Shown here piece after piece: positions 25,101 through 39,021 of a stretch of 64,000 nucleotides of DNA. The notes under the pieces are model-generated. The model searched no databases. It was given only the letters and a program-made list of their open reading frames with translations, and was not told the DNA's origin. Position 1 is the stretch's first letter. Each line of letters starts with the position of its first letter. Position numbers and translations under genes: made by a program. Source of the stretch: Octopus sinensis (lineage: Eukaryota); contig NC_043005.1 of NCBI RefSeq assembly GCF_006345805.1, positions 83,328,001 through 83,392,000 of the forward strand. Reading direction: 5' to 3'.

Positions 25101-26587
25101 TACCTAAACCTGACTAACTTAACAAGCAATAGTGTTACTGTTACATATGCAGTTACTATGGCAACAGTTAGGGTGAAGGTTAACTCATTAGGAAGGATAA
25201 CTCACTAGGAAAACACACACACATCTACATATATGCCAAATCAATAAAGTTCATGCATGTATGCATGCATGTATGTATGTATGTATGTATGTATGTATAG
25301 GCACAGGTACACATATGTAAAGTATATATGTCTGGCTATGTGGTTTGTATGTGTGTATATATATATATATCATCATATACCATCACCATCATCATCATCA
25401 TCATCATTGTCTAATGTCCTCCTTCCATTTTGGCATGAGTTGGATGGTTTGTCAGGAGCTGGCCACCATACTTCTATGTCTGTGTTGGCATGGTTTTTTT
25501 ACAGCTGGATGCCTTTCCTAACACCAACCACTTAACAGAGTGGGCTGACTGCTTTTTACATGACACCAGCACAGACAAGATCAGTTTTGGCATGGTTTTT
25601 ACCAACCACTTTACAGTGTGGACTGGATGCTTTTTACGTGACACCAAGACTGGCAGGGTCACCAACAGACTTTGCAAAACAAGGAATCTTTGAGAGGGGA
25701 GAAGGGGATCTTGTGTCAGATGATGAATGGTTAGAGTGTGACAGAAAGACAGAAATAGGTGTCTTGCTGTAGAGGAAGTACATGGTTACCCAGCCAGAGA
25801 GAGAAAGAAAAGAAAAAGGGAGAGAGGAAGAGAGTTAACAAAAATGAAGGCAGGAACTGATGTGCTGCTGTAAAGGAGATAAATGGTTACCTAGCCAGAA
25901 GGAAGAGCAAGAGAAGGGGAGAGAGAGAGAGAGACTAAGAACAAGGACTAAGAACCAAAGGGAAGAGCAAGGGGAAAGAGAGAGAATGAGAGACAGCAAG
26001 AGTGCAGGAGAGAAGTAGTGGTAAGGTGCCAGGATATACTTGCTGTGTGTATATATATAATGTACTGTTCCATGGTAAGAAATAAATATTATTTATTTAA
26101 AGGACACAATACATGTCTTTAATTGCTACGGACGTTAAACGATGATGATGAGTTTCATATGTTGAGAAATATCTCAAACATATTCATCAGGCACAAATCA
26201 CATATAATGAAATAAAATTGAATAAGAGAAGATACGTGAAAAAGCTGAGAAGGCAGCATATAGGAAACATGGAAGATTAAAAAAAGGCAAACAAAAATTT
26301 TAAAGTAAAAAAAGGTAAAAGAGTTATATTAGATTATGTGAAGAAGTATTTAAAAATTGCTATGCCAATCACATAACTTCCTCCCATCATAAGGACAAAA
26401 GCAAAGTTACTAAGTTGACTAGCCACGAGTTTGGAAGCTAACGAAACACCACGTGTGATATTAAGTGAAGAATAATTGAGAAATCCACACCTTATTTTAA
26501 TGGATCTAATAAATGTAGGCTATGTTTAGCTGAAGGAGCTCAGATCCTTTTCAGCTCTCTACTGAATTCTAGGTCTGAAATTTTCAG

Positions 26588-26975
26588 CAGGAGTGGCTGT
26601 GTGGTAAGTAGCTTGCTTACCAACCACATGGTTCCGGGTTCAGTTCCACTGCGTGGCACCTTGGGCAAGTGTCTTCTACTATAGCCTTGGGCCAACCAAA
26701 GCCTTGTGAGTGGATTTGGTAGATGGAAACTGAAAGAAGCCTGTCGTTTATATATGTATGTATATGTTTGTGTGTCTGTGTTTGTCCCCCCAACATCGCT
26801 TGACAACCAATGCTGGTGTGTTTACGTCCCCGTAACTTAGCAGTTCAGCAGAAGAGACTGATAGAATAAGTACTAGGCTTACAAAGAATAAATCCTGGGG
26901 TCAATTTGCTCGACTAAAGGCGGTGCTCCAGCATGGCTGCAGTCAAATGATTGAAACAAGTAAAAGAGTAAAGAG
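26588..26975 (+). mobile_element. SINE family A copy
   Basis: Full head-core-tail arrangement. Confidence 0.85.
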
Positions 26976-27368
26976 TATATTCTTTTACTTGTTTCAGTCA
27001 TTTGACTGCAGCCATGCTGGAATATATTTTGAAGAATTAGAAAATTCCACCTATACCTGATTAACTTGCTGATAATTTTCCAGCTTTATAATTTCAGGTC
27101 TAAGGACAATAACTCTTTTACCTTTTTTTCACTTTTTCCATTTTTGTTTTCCATTTTTTAACCTTCTGTGTTTTCTACATGCTGTCTTCTCATCTTTTTC
27201 ACGTTTCTTCTCTTATTCAATTTTTTTTAGTTTGTTATGATATGTGGTTTGTTGTGCCTGATGAATATGTTTGAGATATTTCTCAACATACAAAACTATT
27301 AGATGTACTTAAAGACATGTAGGCACAGGTACACATATGTAAAGTATATATGTCTGGCTATGTGGTTT

Positions 27369-27404
<36 letters not shown>

Positions 27405-27822
27405 CATCATATACCACCACCATCATCATCATCATTGTCTAATGTCCTCCTTCCATTTTGGCATGGGTTGGATGGTTTGTCAGGAGCTGTGTCTTCTACT
27501 ATAGCCTAGGGCCAAACGAAACCAAGTAACTTTGGTAGACTGAAATTCAAAGAAGCCCATTATATGAGTGTGTGTATGCACGCACATTTGTGTTCATGTC
27601 TCCTTATCTCTATATAAAACAATTATTGTAAATGAGTGTTACTATCATTGAAGTGGTGTTATTCGTTTCTAATCTATGGAAACATACAGAGCCATGGGGA
27701 GAAATATCATGCTTGGAAACAGTAAAGATTGGCAACAGAGAAGGCACCCAGCATAGAAAATCTACCTCAATGAATTCTAACCAATGGAGAAGTGGACATT
27801 AAAACGATGGTTTATGTATATA

Positions 27823-28221
27823 CTAGCAGTATCGCCGACGTTGCTCGGGTTTGTAAGGGAAATAACTATATAAGCATTTTTAGAGAGTTATAGCCAAAAA
27901 ATAGCAAAAAAATGCATTAAAAATGGAAAAAAAATGATGGTAAATTTTTTTTTAAAGATCGTTGACTCATCGTAGACATTTTTAGAGAGTTACTTCCCTT
28001 ATATCATAGTGAAAAAAATGCATTAAAATGGAAAAAAATGATGGTAAATTTTTTTTTAATCATAGACTCATCGTAGACGCGCGCTAATACCCAGAAGGGC
28101 TCGATATGAATCACGACTATAAGATACTCGGTTTTGGTTAAACTGCACCGCAAAATGTGGGAGTAGTTAGGAATCTAAATCGTAGGAGACAGACACACAA
28201 CTTTAGTTTTATATATAAAGA
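27823..28221 (-). mobile_element. Non-autonomous Helitron (399 bp)
   Basis: On the minus strand: 5' TC(tttatatataaa), 3' hairpin ccga-gcaacg-tcgg, then CTAG. Inserted between A and T. Confidence 0.8.
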
Positions 28222-28223
28222 TA

Positions 28224-29763
28224 TCTATATATATATAAAATTCTTTGTCTCTGTCTGTCTGTTTTCTATGCATTCTCAAATGGCTCAAGGAAATCAAATC
28301 AAATTTTACAAGGTAAAATTAGACTCCACAAGTGTCAACATGTAATTTTTATTTTCATTTGAATTAAAACAATATAATATTTCATCTAGAATGATCTTTC
28401 TATAGTCAACTATAGTAAAGGACATTTTATACCACCACCACCACCACCATGTCACATTTTGTACATGAGTGTGTGTGTGTGTATTTGTGCATTCATTAAG
28501 CCTCAGAGAATTAAACACACATACGTATACATATGTGATGATTACAAGTATATGTGTGTGAGTGTATGTGATAGTGTATGTGTGAGTGTATGTGACAGTG
28601 TATGTATGTGTGAGTATACATACATTTTTGTTATGACTCTCACACACACACATCTAAAAAGAGAAAGAGACACACACACAGATGGAGAGAGACAGGCCAT
28701 TATACAGAGACGATGACTATGTCACATTTTGTGTATGTGTCTGTGAATATGTGTGTGTGTTTGCACATTCATTATGTATGTTAGGCCTCAGAGAATTAAA
28801 CACATACACACGCACACACACACATCTTCACATGCATATACATATGTGATGACTGACAAGTATATAATGAGTATTGTTTATCCTGAAGGATGTGTGAATG
28901 TGTATCTGTGTGTGTCTGTCTTAGTATATATATGTATGTATGTATGTATGTGAGTATATGTGACAGTGTGAGTGTCCATTACACTGATGTAAACTGGCTA
29001 CATTAAAGAGCCTTACTGGCTCCAACTAATGAAATGGTTGATAAACTCAGTCATGAATTTCTTCAAAAGTAAACAGATACATCAGAAATTACTTTTCCAT
29101 CAATTCACACAACACTAGATCAAGATCAAGCTGTTCAATACCCTGTTGAATTTCTGAACCCACTTAAACCCACTGGGATACCACCACATAGCTTGACACT
29201 AAAGCTGGATGCTCCCATTACGTGCTTAAGAATCTTGACCCACCTTGCCTGTGTAATGGAACTCGCTTAATTGTTACTTCCATGAAGCCCCATGTCCTAG
29301 AGGCAACAATCATAACAGGTAGTCACAAAGGAGAAAATGTCTTTATTCCAAAAATTCCTCTCATACATACAGAATTTAAGAGGCTTCAGTTTCTACTCAA
29401 ACTAAGTTTTGCTATTTCAATTAACAAAACTCAGAGTCAATCCCTCAAGGTAGCTGGACTTCATCTCTCTACTACATGTTTCTCCTATGGTCAACTCTAT
29501 GTTTGTTGCTCACAAGTTGGAAGCAGCAACAATTTATTCATTTGGACACCAATAAAAAAATTGCGCAATGAATATTATTTACCCTGAGATGCTTCAAGAT
29601 TGGCAGATATGCAGTTCTAAATTCTATTACTATTTCAATTTTGATATTTTTTAATAAAATATAATCTGAAATAATTATGAGAAAAAATATATCTTCATAT
29701 TTATTGCTTACTAATCTGTATAAGAACAGCAGTAACCCAGGCAAAGCCAGGTCATTCAGCTAG
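28224..29763 (+). mobile_element. Internally deleted Helitron carrying a PIF1 helicase C-terminal remnant
   Basis: 5' A|TCtatatatatataaaa; 3' cccaggcaaagccaggtcattcag-CTAG|T; PIF1 motifs inside. Confidence 0.85.
28985..29587 (+). pseudogene. Helitron RepHel PIF1 helicase fragment
   Basis: LLAPTNE, QYPVEFLN, GIPPHSL.LK, then after a frameshift NLDPPCLCNGTRL, FAISINKTQSQSL and GQLYV. Confidence 0.88.
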
Positions 29764-30394
29764 TGTGTGTGTGTGTGTGTATATATATATCTTCTTTATC
29801 TTTATCTTTATCTAGTTTCAGCTCACGTGCTGTGGCCATGCTGGGGCACCGCCATTTACATATATATATATATATAACCACACACACAACACATACATAT
29901 GCACACACACATGCACACACAGACTTGCGTGCATGCACATACCCACACATACCTCCATACCTCCTTCTCTTACACCCTCCTGTCTTAGAAAGAACTTTTT
30001 CTTCACCCATTCCCTTCCAGTCATTTCAAAATGTAACCACATGTGAATCATTGGCGAATTTCTTCCTCTGTCTTCCTTCCTATTAGACTTTCCTCTGCTG
30101 ATATATATATCATCATCATCATAATCAACATTCTACATCTCTCTCTCTCCCTCTCTCTCTCTCACTCTCTATCACCCTTCATACTCTTACAACCCATCCA
30201 CCATACATTACCTCCCTTCCTCCCATCCTTTTTAAGTCTACTGTACACTTCTGTACTGCCAGTCAGCACCTACTTCCCCCCACCTCATCCCACTTGTCTT
30301 CCCTATAAGTCATATGTATCATTGATCACCCCTTTCCACCAACCACTACATTCACCCTTTAATTATCATTTACTCTCTCCTAATTTCCATCCTA

Positions 30395-30597
30395 TTCGGC
30401 AGAAATGCGCTGCCGTATTTCATCTGTTGTTACGTTCCAAGTTCAAATTCCGCCGAGGTCAACTTTGCCTTTCATCCTTTCGGGGTCAATAAATTAAGTA
30501 CCAGTTACGCACTGGGGTCGATGTAATTGACTTAATCCCTTTGTCTGTCCTTGTTTGTCCCCTCTGTGTTTAGCCCTTTGTGGGCAGTAAAGAAATA
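30395..30597 (+). mobile_element. SINE family B copy
   Basis: ggcagaaatgcgctgcc..caagttcaaattccgccgagg..tcatcctttcggggtcaataaattaagtaccag. Confidence 0.8.
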
Positions 30598-30794
30598 TAT
30601 TTATCATAGGACACCCCACACCACAACACTTGTTCATTGTTCCCTATAGTCTTCATCTCTAACCATCTCTTACTTTCCCCATACACTCTTACAAACCCTA
30701 CCTGCCCATCCTTCCTGTTCTTTTAGGTTGTGTCCCCAGAACTCACCACTATCCTTATCTCTCTATCTTCACTTTGATTACTCCCATCTCTCTA

Positions 30795-31185
30795 CTACTC
30801 TCTTTTACTTGTTTCAGTCATTTGACTGCAGCCATGCTGGTCAGGCAAATCGACCCCCACCCTGGGACTTATTCTTTGTAAGCCTAGTACTTATTCTATC
30901 AGTTACTTTTGCTGAACCACTAAGTGATGGGGACATAAACACACCAGCATCGGTTGTCAAGCAATGCTAGAGGAACAAACACAGACACACAAACACACAT
31001 ACACATATATATACATATATACGATGGGCTTCTTTCAGTTTCCGTCTACCAAATCCACTCACAAGGCTTTGGTCGGCCCGAGGCTATAGTAGAAGACACT
31101 TGCCCAAGATGCCACACAGTGGGATTGAACCTGGAACCATGTGATTGGTAAGCAAGCTACTTACCACACAGCCACTCCTGCACCT
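30795..31185 (-). mobile_element. SINE family A copy
   Basis: Reverse complement of the family A head and tail. Confidence 0.85.
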
Positions 31186-32099
31186 GTATATATATTATGT
31201 ATATATATTATAGGCTTCTGTATGGTTTCTGTTCACAAAATTTCTATTCACCAAATTTATTCACAAAGCCTGGTTGGCCCAAAGCTATAGTAAAAGACAT
31301 TTACCCAAGGTGCTGTGCTGTAGGACTGAACCTGAAACCATGTGGTAATGAAACAAACTTATTAATGACACAGATATGTATGATAAATTTTCTTTATCAT
31401 AATTCAATACTTGCTCTATTATGATATAATTTTTGAATCTGAGATTACACATTCAGAAAATAAACAAAAACTAATTCAGGTTAAGCTGTCTTTTGTGTAA
31501 AGATACAGTTTAAAGACTGTATGTATTTTTGAATATAATTATATCATAGCAGTAAGTTCTGCATGGTGGCACACTTTGTGGCAATACTATAAACCATAGC
31601 TGTTGTACTGGACAGCTCTTTAATCATTTGTTATATGTTTTGTTGAAATGCATTTTTCAATAATGAAGAATCTTGTTAAAATAGCCTTGTCGCTATTGAA
31701 CTGGTATTTAATCGAATTAGCATGAAATGTCAATGGAAGATTTTGAATAAGATAAATAAGATAATTTTAAAACAGATAATTGTCATCAAAGAAATAGATG
31801 CAGTCTTATACAGGTAGATATCAAAACAGGTTAACCCTTTTGCTACCATATTTCTATTAATATACACAACTTATGTTTCATTTAATAAAATGCTGCTGAG
31901 CATTTTACCTGTTGTGCTAATGATTCTGCCAGCTCGCCACCTTCTTTCACCTTAATAATAAATAGGGAACATATATAATAGTTTATAGGGTTTTTTTTTA
32001 AAGCTTTATTCAGTTTACTTCTTGTGCTTATTTATGTTCATGCAATTTTGGTTACTTTTTCTAATGAATTGTAGTGCGCCTGAGCACTATACAATAAGA

Positions 32100-32131
<32 letters not shown>

Positions 32132-32197
32132 TTTCCTTCTTTCTTCAAATTTTCTTCGTTTCTCGCCCAAGTGTCCCCCCCCCCGTACACCTAGGGC

Positions 32198-32228
<31 letters not shown>

Positions 32229-32540
32229 GTTATTATCATTATTATTGTTGTTATTATTATTATTATTGTTATTATTATTATTATTGTTGTTATTATTATT
32301 ATTATTATTATTATCATTATCATCATTATTATTATTATTATTATTATTATTTTTCCTTCTTTCTTCAAATTTTCTTCATGTCTCACCGAGTGTTACCCCC
32401 CCCCCCCCGTACACCTAGGGCTATTATTATTTATTATTATTATTATCATTATCATTATTATTGTTGTTGTTGTTATTATTATTATTTATTATTATTATTG
32501 TTGTTATTATTATTGTTCTTATTATTATTATTATTATTAT
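32100..32540. repeat. (ATT)n array with a tandemly duplicated ~65-bp unique spacer
   Basis: ttttccttctttcttcaaattttcttc..ccccccccgtacacctagggct occurs at ~32130 and ~32350, between (att)n tracts. Confidence 0.9.
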
Positions 32541-33017
32541 TTATATATTATCTCTGAATTAAAGGAAGTTCTAGGATAGAATGTTTTTAATCATAGATCT
32601 GTGTAACCAAGGCAGGTAACCTGGAGCCAAACATCAGCAGCAACAATAACAGTGACATTTAGCCTGTCTTCTTACTATCAACCTTCTGGCATGATGCATT
32701 TGTCTTAAACAAATATAAAATCACCCCTTATCCGGTTTGAAAAAAATAGTCACTTGTAGTTTTTGTTGTTGTTGACTTTATTGTTTTTACTTTTTTTTCT
32801 TTTGGAAGGAGATGCTGATGTTTTTTGCTTTGCTTTGTTTTGTTTTGTTTTTCTGTCCATTAATTAAGGTTGCCTTGCAGAGGATAACAGGTCAACAAAA
32901 ACATTCAGTTCATGAACTGACTTCTCACTTTCCAGACTACTTCTTAATGCAATTAGTATTTCCTCATTTAATGAACATTGATCTGTCAGCTCATTATCTT
33001 AATACATAAAACTGGAG

Positions 33018-33092
<75 letters not shown>

Positions 33093-33187
33093 AATCATAA
33101 ACTACAGTTTTGCACCAACATAGCTGAAATTCTGCATAAAGGAGTGAGGCCTATATGTTTTCCAAGATCATAGTATATGTGACCCAC

Positions 33188-33224
<37 letters not shown>

Positions 33225-33271
33225 TGCATACACATGCCGCATGCACATACACACACACATGTATGTATGGG

Positions 33272-33308
<37 letters not shown>

Positions 33309-33544
33309 ATATATATATATATATAGTTATTAGTAAGGGATCATCAATCCGGTAAAATATTTTACAAGTTCTCTGTTAGTATAGCAGGCTAACAATATCG
33401 TTTAGATGTTTTCAACTGATTAATGGGCCGATTGAGTAAGCCAATCAATAACAAACCTATAATGACTACTGGAAACAGTTGTAAGTTAAATTTACTACAT
33501 TAAAGAAATACATTATAACCATTATTTATGCCTTGTCTTGTATA

Positions 33545-34025
33545 TCATCATCATCTTCGTTTAATGTCAGCTTTCCATGCTAGCATGGGTTGGATGATTT
33601 GACTGAGGACTGGCGAACCACATGGCTGCATCAGGCTCCAATCTGATCTGGCAAAGTTTCTACAGCTGGATGCCCTTCCTAATGCCAACCACTCTGAGAG
33701 TGTAGTGGGTGCTTTTACATGTCACTAGCACAAGGGCCAGTCAGGCAGTACTGGCAATGGCCATGCTCAAATGGCGTCTTTTACATGTCACCTGCACAGG
33801 AGCCAGTCCAGCGGCACTGGCAATGACCTCACTCAAATGTTTTTCATGTGCCACTGGCACAAGTGCCAGTAAGGCAACACTGGTAACGATAATACCTGAA
33901 TGGTGCTTTTTACGTGCCGGTGGCACGAAAGCCTGTTAGCTGCTCTGGCAACGATCACTCTCAGATGGTGCTCTTAGCGCTCCACTAGCACGGATGCCAG
34001 TCGTCGAATTTGATTTCGATTTCGA
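33545..34025 (-). mobile_element. RTE 3'UTR copy
   Basis: (cat)n tail at the left, several gtgctttttacgtgcc repeats, and gatttcgatttcg at the right end. Confidence 0.8.
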
Positions 34026-34031
34026 TTACAT

Positions 34032-36200
34032 ATGTATAGGTGCAGGTGTAGCTGTGTGGTAAGTAGCTTGCTTACCAACCACATGGTTCCGGGTTCAGTC
34101 CCACTGTGTGGCACCTTGGGCAAAGTGTCTCCTACTATAGCCTTAGGCCGACTTAAGCCTTGTGAGTGGATTTGGTAGACAGAGAATGAAAGAAGCCTGT
34201 CGTGTCTATCTATTATATAAAATCCGTTCTGTGTGTGTCTTCTAGGATCTAGGGCTTCCTCTATCCAATTGCGCTCAAATTTGATATGTAGATACCCACG
34301 GTATCAGGGCATGTATAAGTCTTGAAAAAATTACAAAAATCAATTCCAGGAGAGAATGCAATCGATAAAGCCGTGGGAATGTATGATCGAGTACATCAGC
34401 TGTTGCAATTGATACTACGCGTACGTGTGTTTGTGTTCTCCCAGTCAACAGCCTTATCATTACTGGTACTTTAAATTCTTCGGTTGCATATTTGTGTGAA
34501 TAAAATCGTTTTTCTTTGGAATAGAAAAAAAGTCTATCTTTATTTCTTCTTTTGCTGGTGTCTCAAATTTAGGTTAAATCGGTGTTTCTCAAAAGGAAGG
34601 CCTATGGGACAGTTGGACAAGTTATTTTGAGAAAATTTGATTTAAATGTTTGACAACTCAGCACTGTCCATTGGACGGGGGGGAGGGCATTTTACTCATA
34701 TATATATAATATAAATTGGACATGGGCGATCGTTGTATTCTTTCTTGTCTTGAGGTTCACAGCCAAACGGCTGGGTGGATTCGTGTGAAAAATGGCACAC
34801 ATGTGGAGATGGGTGCATAGATTGGAATGTGGTTTGTATTTTTTCCTACCCACCAATAGTTACCGAGAAGATTGATTAAAACTTTTCTAATGGAATTCCC
34901 CTACCATTAAAACAACCAGTTGTTCATACAGCCGGCATATACCATTTCGCTAGCAACAAGGGGAGTACAGGATGACAGTCAGCCAAAGCCATAGATACAT
35001 ACATAACCTCTCTCTCCTTTTCTCTGTCAGTCACTCACACATTCACTCACAACAAAAAGTGAATAACAAAATTTCAGTTAACTCTCTCTCGGCCATACAT
35101 AGATACATACATCTATGAATACATACATACATGCATACACACATAACAACCTGCGGGTGTGTGTGTGTGTGTCACTGAAGCCATTCCTACATACATATAT
35201 AACCTCTCTCTCTCGCTTTTTCTCTGTCATTCACTCACTACAAAAAGTGAATAAAAAATTTCAGTTATCTCTCTCTCTCTCTCTCTCTCTCACATACACA
35301 CACACACCAGCAACATTACTCTCTCTGTCTCTTCACACACACACAAACAAAAGCAATTCACATGCACACCACACATTCTGTCTCGCACACTCCATCAAAC
35401 ACACACACGCACACACATCAATTCTTCTGCTTCACACCAACTTCAAAAGAACTTCACTCATACAATCGCGCTCTGTCTGTCTCTTTCGCTTTCATACCAA
35501 CTTCGAAAGATCCCCTATCCACCCAACCCCATATTAAAAAAATATAAACTTTTTACAGAAACTGACGATCATCTTCAAAAATGTAAATAAACACATGTGG
35601 TTTATAAGTGATAGTCATGTGTTCCTATATCGAAAGATCGCCTAGTGTTTTAATGATTAGACAGAGGTCCAATAGAATAGCTTTCAGAAACAGACTAAGT
35701 ACAAATTTGTTCTTCACAACTCCTGAAGCTGTTTTCTGACAAAGAGGTGGAGTCAGGAAATTTTCATACAGCTTGAGGCTCCAATTGAAACAGGGGGCCC
35801 GAAATGATTAGGTTGAGAAATGCTGTTATAGATTATGCCTAACCGAAAACGATCACAGTTACATCATTCAAACAGACCGGGTGAAACCGGGCTTAGCTAC
35901 TAGTATATATATATATATATATCATCATCATCATTTAATGTCCGTATGTATGTATGTATATATCTATATGTATATATATGTGTATGCATATGTTTGTGTG
36001 TCTGTGTTTGGCCCCCCCACCCCACATCCTCTCTTGACAACTGATGTTGGTGTGTTTACATCCCTGTAAATTAGCAGTTCAGCAAAAGAGACAGATAGAA
36101 CAAGTACTAGGCTTACAAAAAATAAATCCTAGGGTCGATTTGGTCAACTAATGGTGGCGCTCCAGTAAGGCCGTGGTCAAATGACTGAAACAAATAAAAG
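34032..36200 (+). mobile_element. SINE family A copy split by a Helitron insertion
   Basis: Head at ~34032-34205; the tail resumes after 35903 (tgtgtctgtgtttggccc..aaatgactgaaacaaataaaag). Confidence 0.75.
34209..35903 (+). mobile_element. Non-autonomous Helitron (~1.7 kb)
   Basis: 5' A|TCtattatataaaat; 3' GC-rich ccgggtgaaaccgggc, then ttagcta-CTAG|T. Confidence 0.78.
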
Positions 36201-36242
36201 AATATATACATACATACATACATATATATATTTAAGCACACA

Positions 36243-36273
<31 letters not shown>

Positions 36274-36399
36274 GTACGTACGTATGTATGTATAACATAC
36301 AAATACAAGGTTTGGGGGCTAAATTTGACAGTTTGCATAAAAAGGCAAGAAAACAATATTCTATCCCAAAATAAATTATTTAAAAAAATCAATGAATAT

Positions 36400-36990
36400 C
36401 AACTGGATTGAGACTGAGAGATAACAGCTTTCTTAAATTAGCTGACCTTGGCTTTCACCACAGCCTCAATACAGCTCTGGGACCTGGTGTATGCATTCAT
36501 CACTGTGTCCCTGGGAAGATCTTCAAACACCTCTTTGGTGTTGGCTGCCAGCCTTAGTATTGCGGGCAGACCGGTTGGTGTCTTTTTCAACCACACCCCA
36601 CACATAGTAATCCATAAGAATACAATTGAGAGATTTAGGAGGCCAGAAGTTGGTGTTGGTGAAGTTGTTGAAATTTGCTGATAAACATTTCTGACATATG
36701 GCCTTCATACATATGGCCTTCAAACTGCAACTCTCTCTAGCTAGGGATTGACCGCATTCTCCAGTAGCTTCATTTAGTTTCTGAATTGAGCCTGCATCCT
36801 TCTTCAAAGATGTGGGGCAACATGATATTGTCCTCATGGGAGACACATACAAAGACCATCACAGTTTGGGTGAACTTGTGTTTTCATGATCTCCATGTCA
36901 CATCATACAATCTTTACGGTGTTCACAGAGCATTGGGCAACAAACTTGACCATCACAGAAGTGGTGTCATTTCAAATCTACAGTCAATCG
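36400..36990 (-). mobile_element. maT/DD37D-type Tc1-mariner remnant, internally deleted
   Basis: Minus-strand fragments resemble MKT(K)F..TVMVF, NIMLPHIFE and FWPPKSLNCILMDYYVWGVVEKDTNR (decayed WPPNSPDxNPxDYxVWG). TIRs not located. Confidence 0.7.
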
Positions 36991-39021
36991 GAAATATTAT
37001 CTTGCTTAGAAACAAGAGAAAGTTGCAACAGTGGTGGTGGTGGTTGGTGATGGTGTTAATGTTTGAATTTACAAGAGATAAGAGAGATATTTGTGTGGTA
37101 TGAACATGTGGTGTGTGATGAGAAGAGAGAAAGAGAAACAGACAGAGTGAATGAAAGAAAAAGAGAGAGTGACACATGAATGAAAATAAAGAAATGCCAG
37201 CTAGAGTTTTAATGAAATGATTGATTGATATAATATATGCAGACTGACTGGGTTACATAATATTGATTTTAGGTCAGATATAGAAAAAGATGGAGCAAGG
37301 ATTATAGCAAAAACATAAGTATTAAACATAAAATTGGCCAACCTGAGGAAGCTTTTTTATATATGGAATACACTACTTATACATAGCACACTGCCTTTGT
37401 TTCAGTTCATTTTGAAAATGAAGAAGAATTTACTATTTAACTTAGATATTATGAAGCAGGTGTTTGGAGCATGAATTAACAAGAAATTTTGATAGAAGGT
37501 TTTTAGAACATTTTAAAATAGGAAGTTTGTATCATTCAAACAGGGAGTGATCCCAGTCAGGTTGATATGAAAAGGGTTAAATCACATCCTACCATCACTG
37601 GATGATGTAGTCTGGGATTTACTGTGGTTAAATACAAAATCGCTGGATGGTCATGGTTGGGATGCCTTTGGGCATAGTTCTGCTTAATCCTTTTGTGAAC
37701 ATATTTCTGGTGAATTATATTGCCTTAGTTTCAATTAAATTTCAAAATAATTAAGAATTTAGTAAAATCTATCATGGAACCAAGGCTAGACTCAGGTAGA
37801 TCAAAAAAAATATCAAAGGTCCTTCCTGAGCTATAGGCTTATAAGGATGTTTCCTGGATTCAGTGGATATATATCCCATAGTTGGATAGGATGCTAGGCC
37901 ATCACAAGATTTCTCATTTTACCAGTGAGTGGACTGGAACAATATGAAATGAAGTGTTTTGCTCAAGAACACAATGAACCCCTTGGTCCAGGCATCAAAA
38001 CTGCAATCTTGTAATCATGAGTGCAACACTCTAACTATTAAGCCACATGCCTCCACAGTCTCTGTCAGGCTAGCATCAAAAGGGTTAAGAACTTAATCCA
38101 TGGCAAATTGACCAGGTTGTTAGAGTGTTAGAGGCAAAATCATTAGTGTCAGATAAAATGAATAGCAGCATTTGAACACCACAAAGTTATGGATGTTGAC
38201 TTTACCTTTCATCATAAGTGCCAGCTGGACACTGGTCAATGTAATTGACTAAATCCCTTCCTCCAAAACTGATAGCCTTAAGCCAAAATCTGCAACTATT
38301 ATTTATTCCAATTCTCTTTACTCTGAGGTTAACTTTATCTTTCATGCTTTCAGGGTCATGAAAAATTTCCAATCCAAGACAGCAAATTAGGATACCTGCA
38401 AGAACATCAAATTAGACTGCTTTGCAGACTGTGTTCTGGTTCTTTGCTTTGAGAGTTCAAATCCTGTTATGTCCTACATGACAGATAGACTTAACCCATT
38501 ACCCAGTTTAATACCACCACCTAGGTGTCTTTAGCTGAATCCACTCTGTTGCAAGCATTCAGGACAGATTTCTGGCTTGAAGATGATGTCCTCTTTTAAA
38601 AACATACATACAAGTGCAGGAATGACTGTGTGGTTAAGGAGCATAGTGTGCAACCACATGGTTTCAGGTTCAGTCCCACTGTGCAGCACCTTGGGTAAGT
38701 GTCTTCTAACATAGCCTGAGCCAACCAATGCCTTGTAAGTGAATTTGGTAGACAGAAACTGGGTGGAAGCCTGTTGTGTGTATGTGTGTATGTGTGTATT
38801 TGTGCTTGACCCCACCTCCCACTTGACAACCAGTGTTGGTTTGTTCTCATCCCTATAACTTAGTGATTCAGCAAAAGAGAAAGATAGGATAAATTCAGCT
38901 TTAAAAAGTTAATACTCAGATCAACTTATTCAACTGTACACTTCAAAGCAGTGACCCAGCATGGCTGCGGTCCTGTGACTAAGACAGGTAAAAGATAATA
39001 TAGATAATAGATATATATATA

